Shown here: piece by piece, positions 63,991-64,000 of the stretch | Numbering within the stretch: position 1 is the stretch's first letter | Layout of the letters: each line of letters opens with the position of its first letter | DNA from: an uncultured Acidimicrobiales bacterium | Lineage (GTDB): Bacteria > Actinomycetota > Acidimicrobiia > Acidimicrobiales > DATKAS01 | Length of the DNA: 64,000 nucleotides | Assembly (NCBI GenBank): GCA_963726495.1 | Contig: CAVSCP010000007.1 | Span: 81,847 to 145,846, forward strand | Direction: 5' to 3' | Made by a program: the position numbers and the translations under genes | Notes under the pieces: generated by a model | Databases searched by the model: none | The model's input: only the letters and a program-made list of their open reading frames with translations | Told to the model about the DNA's origin: nothing

Positions 63991-64000
63991 TGGGTCTCGG

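Noticed and set aside
1-64000. CRISPR arrays, insertion sequences, integrases, toxin-antitoxin or other defence systems.
   Set aside because: No regularly spaced direct repeats were found, and no recognisable transposase, recombinase or defence-protein motifs in any frame I read.

Overview
This is a high-GC chromosomal segment of actinobacterial type. That assignment is an inference from the F420-type LLM and deazaflavin (DDN) family enzymes and a mycothiol-type DinB/maleylpyruvate-isomerase-family protein. I can read about 60 protein genes and three tRNAs: Lys-CTT, His-GTG and Arg-TCT. I recognised no rRNA, CRISPR array, transposase or integrase.

Gene content, in order:
- A boxB-like aromatic-CoA cluster.
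- A Liv-type ABC importer.
- An intradiol dioxygenase with MarR and IclR regulators.
- A LysR-headed operon that is translationally coupled and carries two luciferase-like monooxygenase plus hydrolase pairs.
- An acyl-CoA dehydrogenase, hotdog thioesterase and Rieske oxygenase group.
- An APC permease.
- Housekeeping genes (phhA, coaA, an ABC-F ATPase, a threonine dehydratase-like gene).

Main caveat: roughly two thirds of the protein genes cannot be read in one frame. They need single-nucleotide frame changes, yet the peptide on each side still looks normal for its family. I therefore mark them as pseudogenes as written, but assembly indel error is at least as likely.

Most interesting observations:
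1. A PRX_like2 redoxin has an in-frame TGA exactly at the first Cys of its CxxC motif, followed by a SECIS-like hairpin. It is a candidate selenoprotein.
2. tRNA-Arg(TCT) is followed by two more copies of its 3' half plus flank. These bound two small one-gene islets that have no integrase.
3. A 22-nt copy of the tRNA-Lys 3' end brackets an lhgO islet.
4. Several clear operator or promoter palindromes are present (MerR-type, ArsR-type, and a 44-bp dyad).
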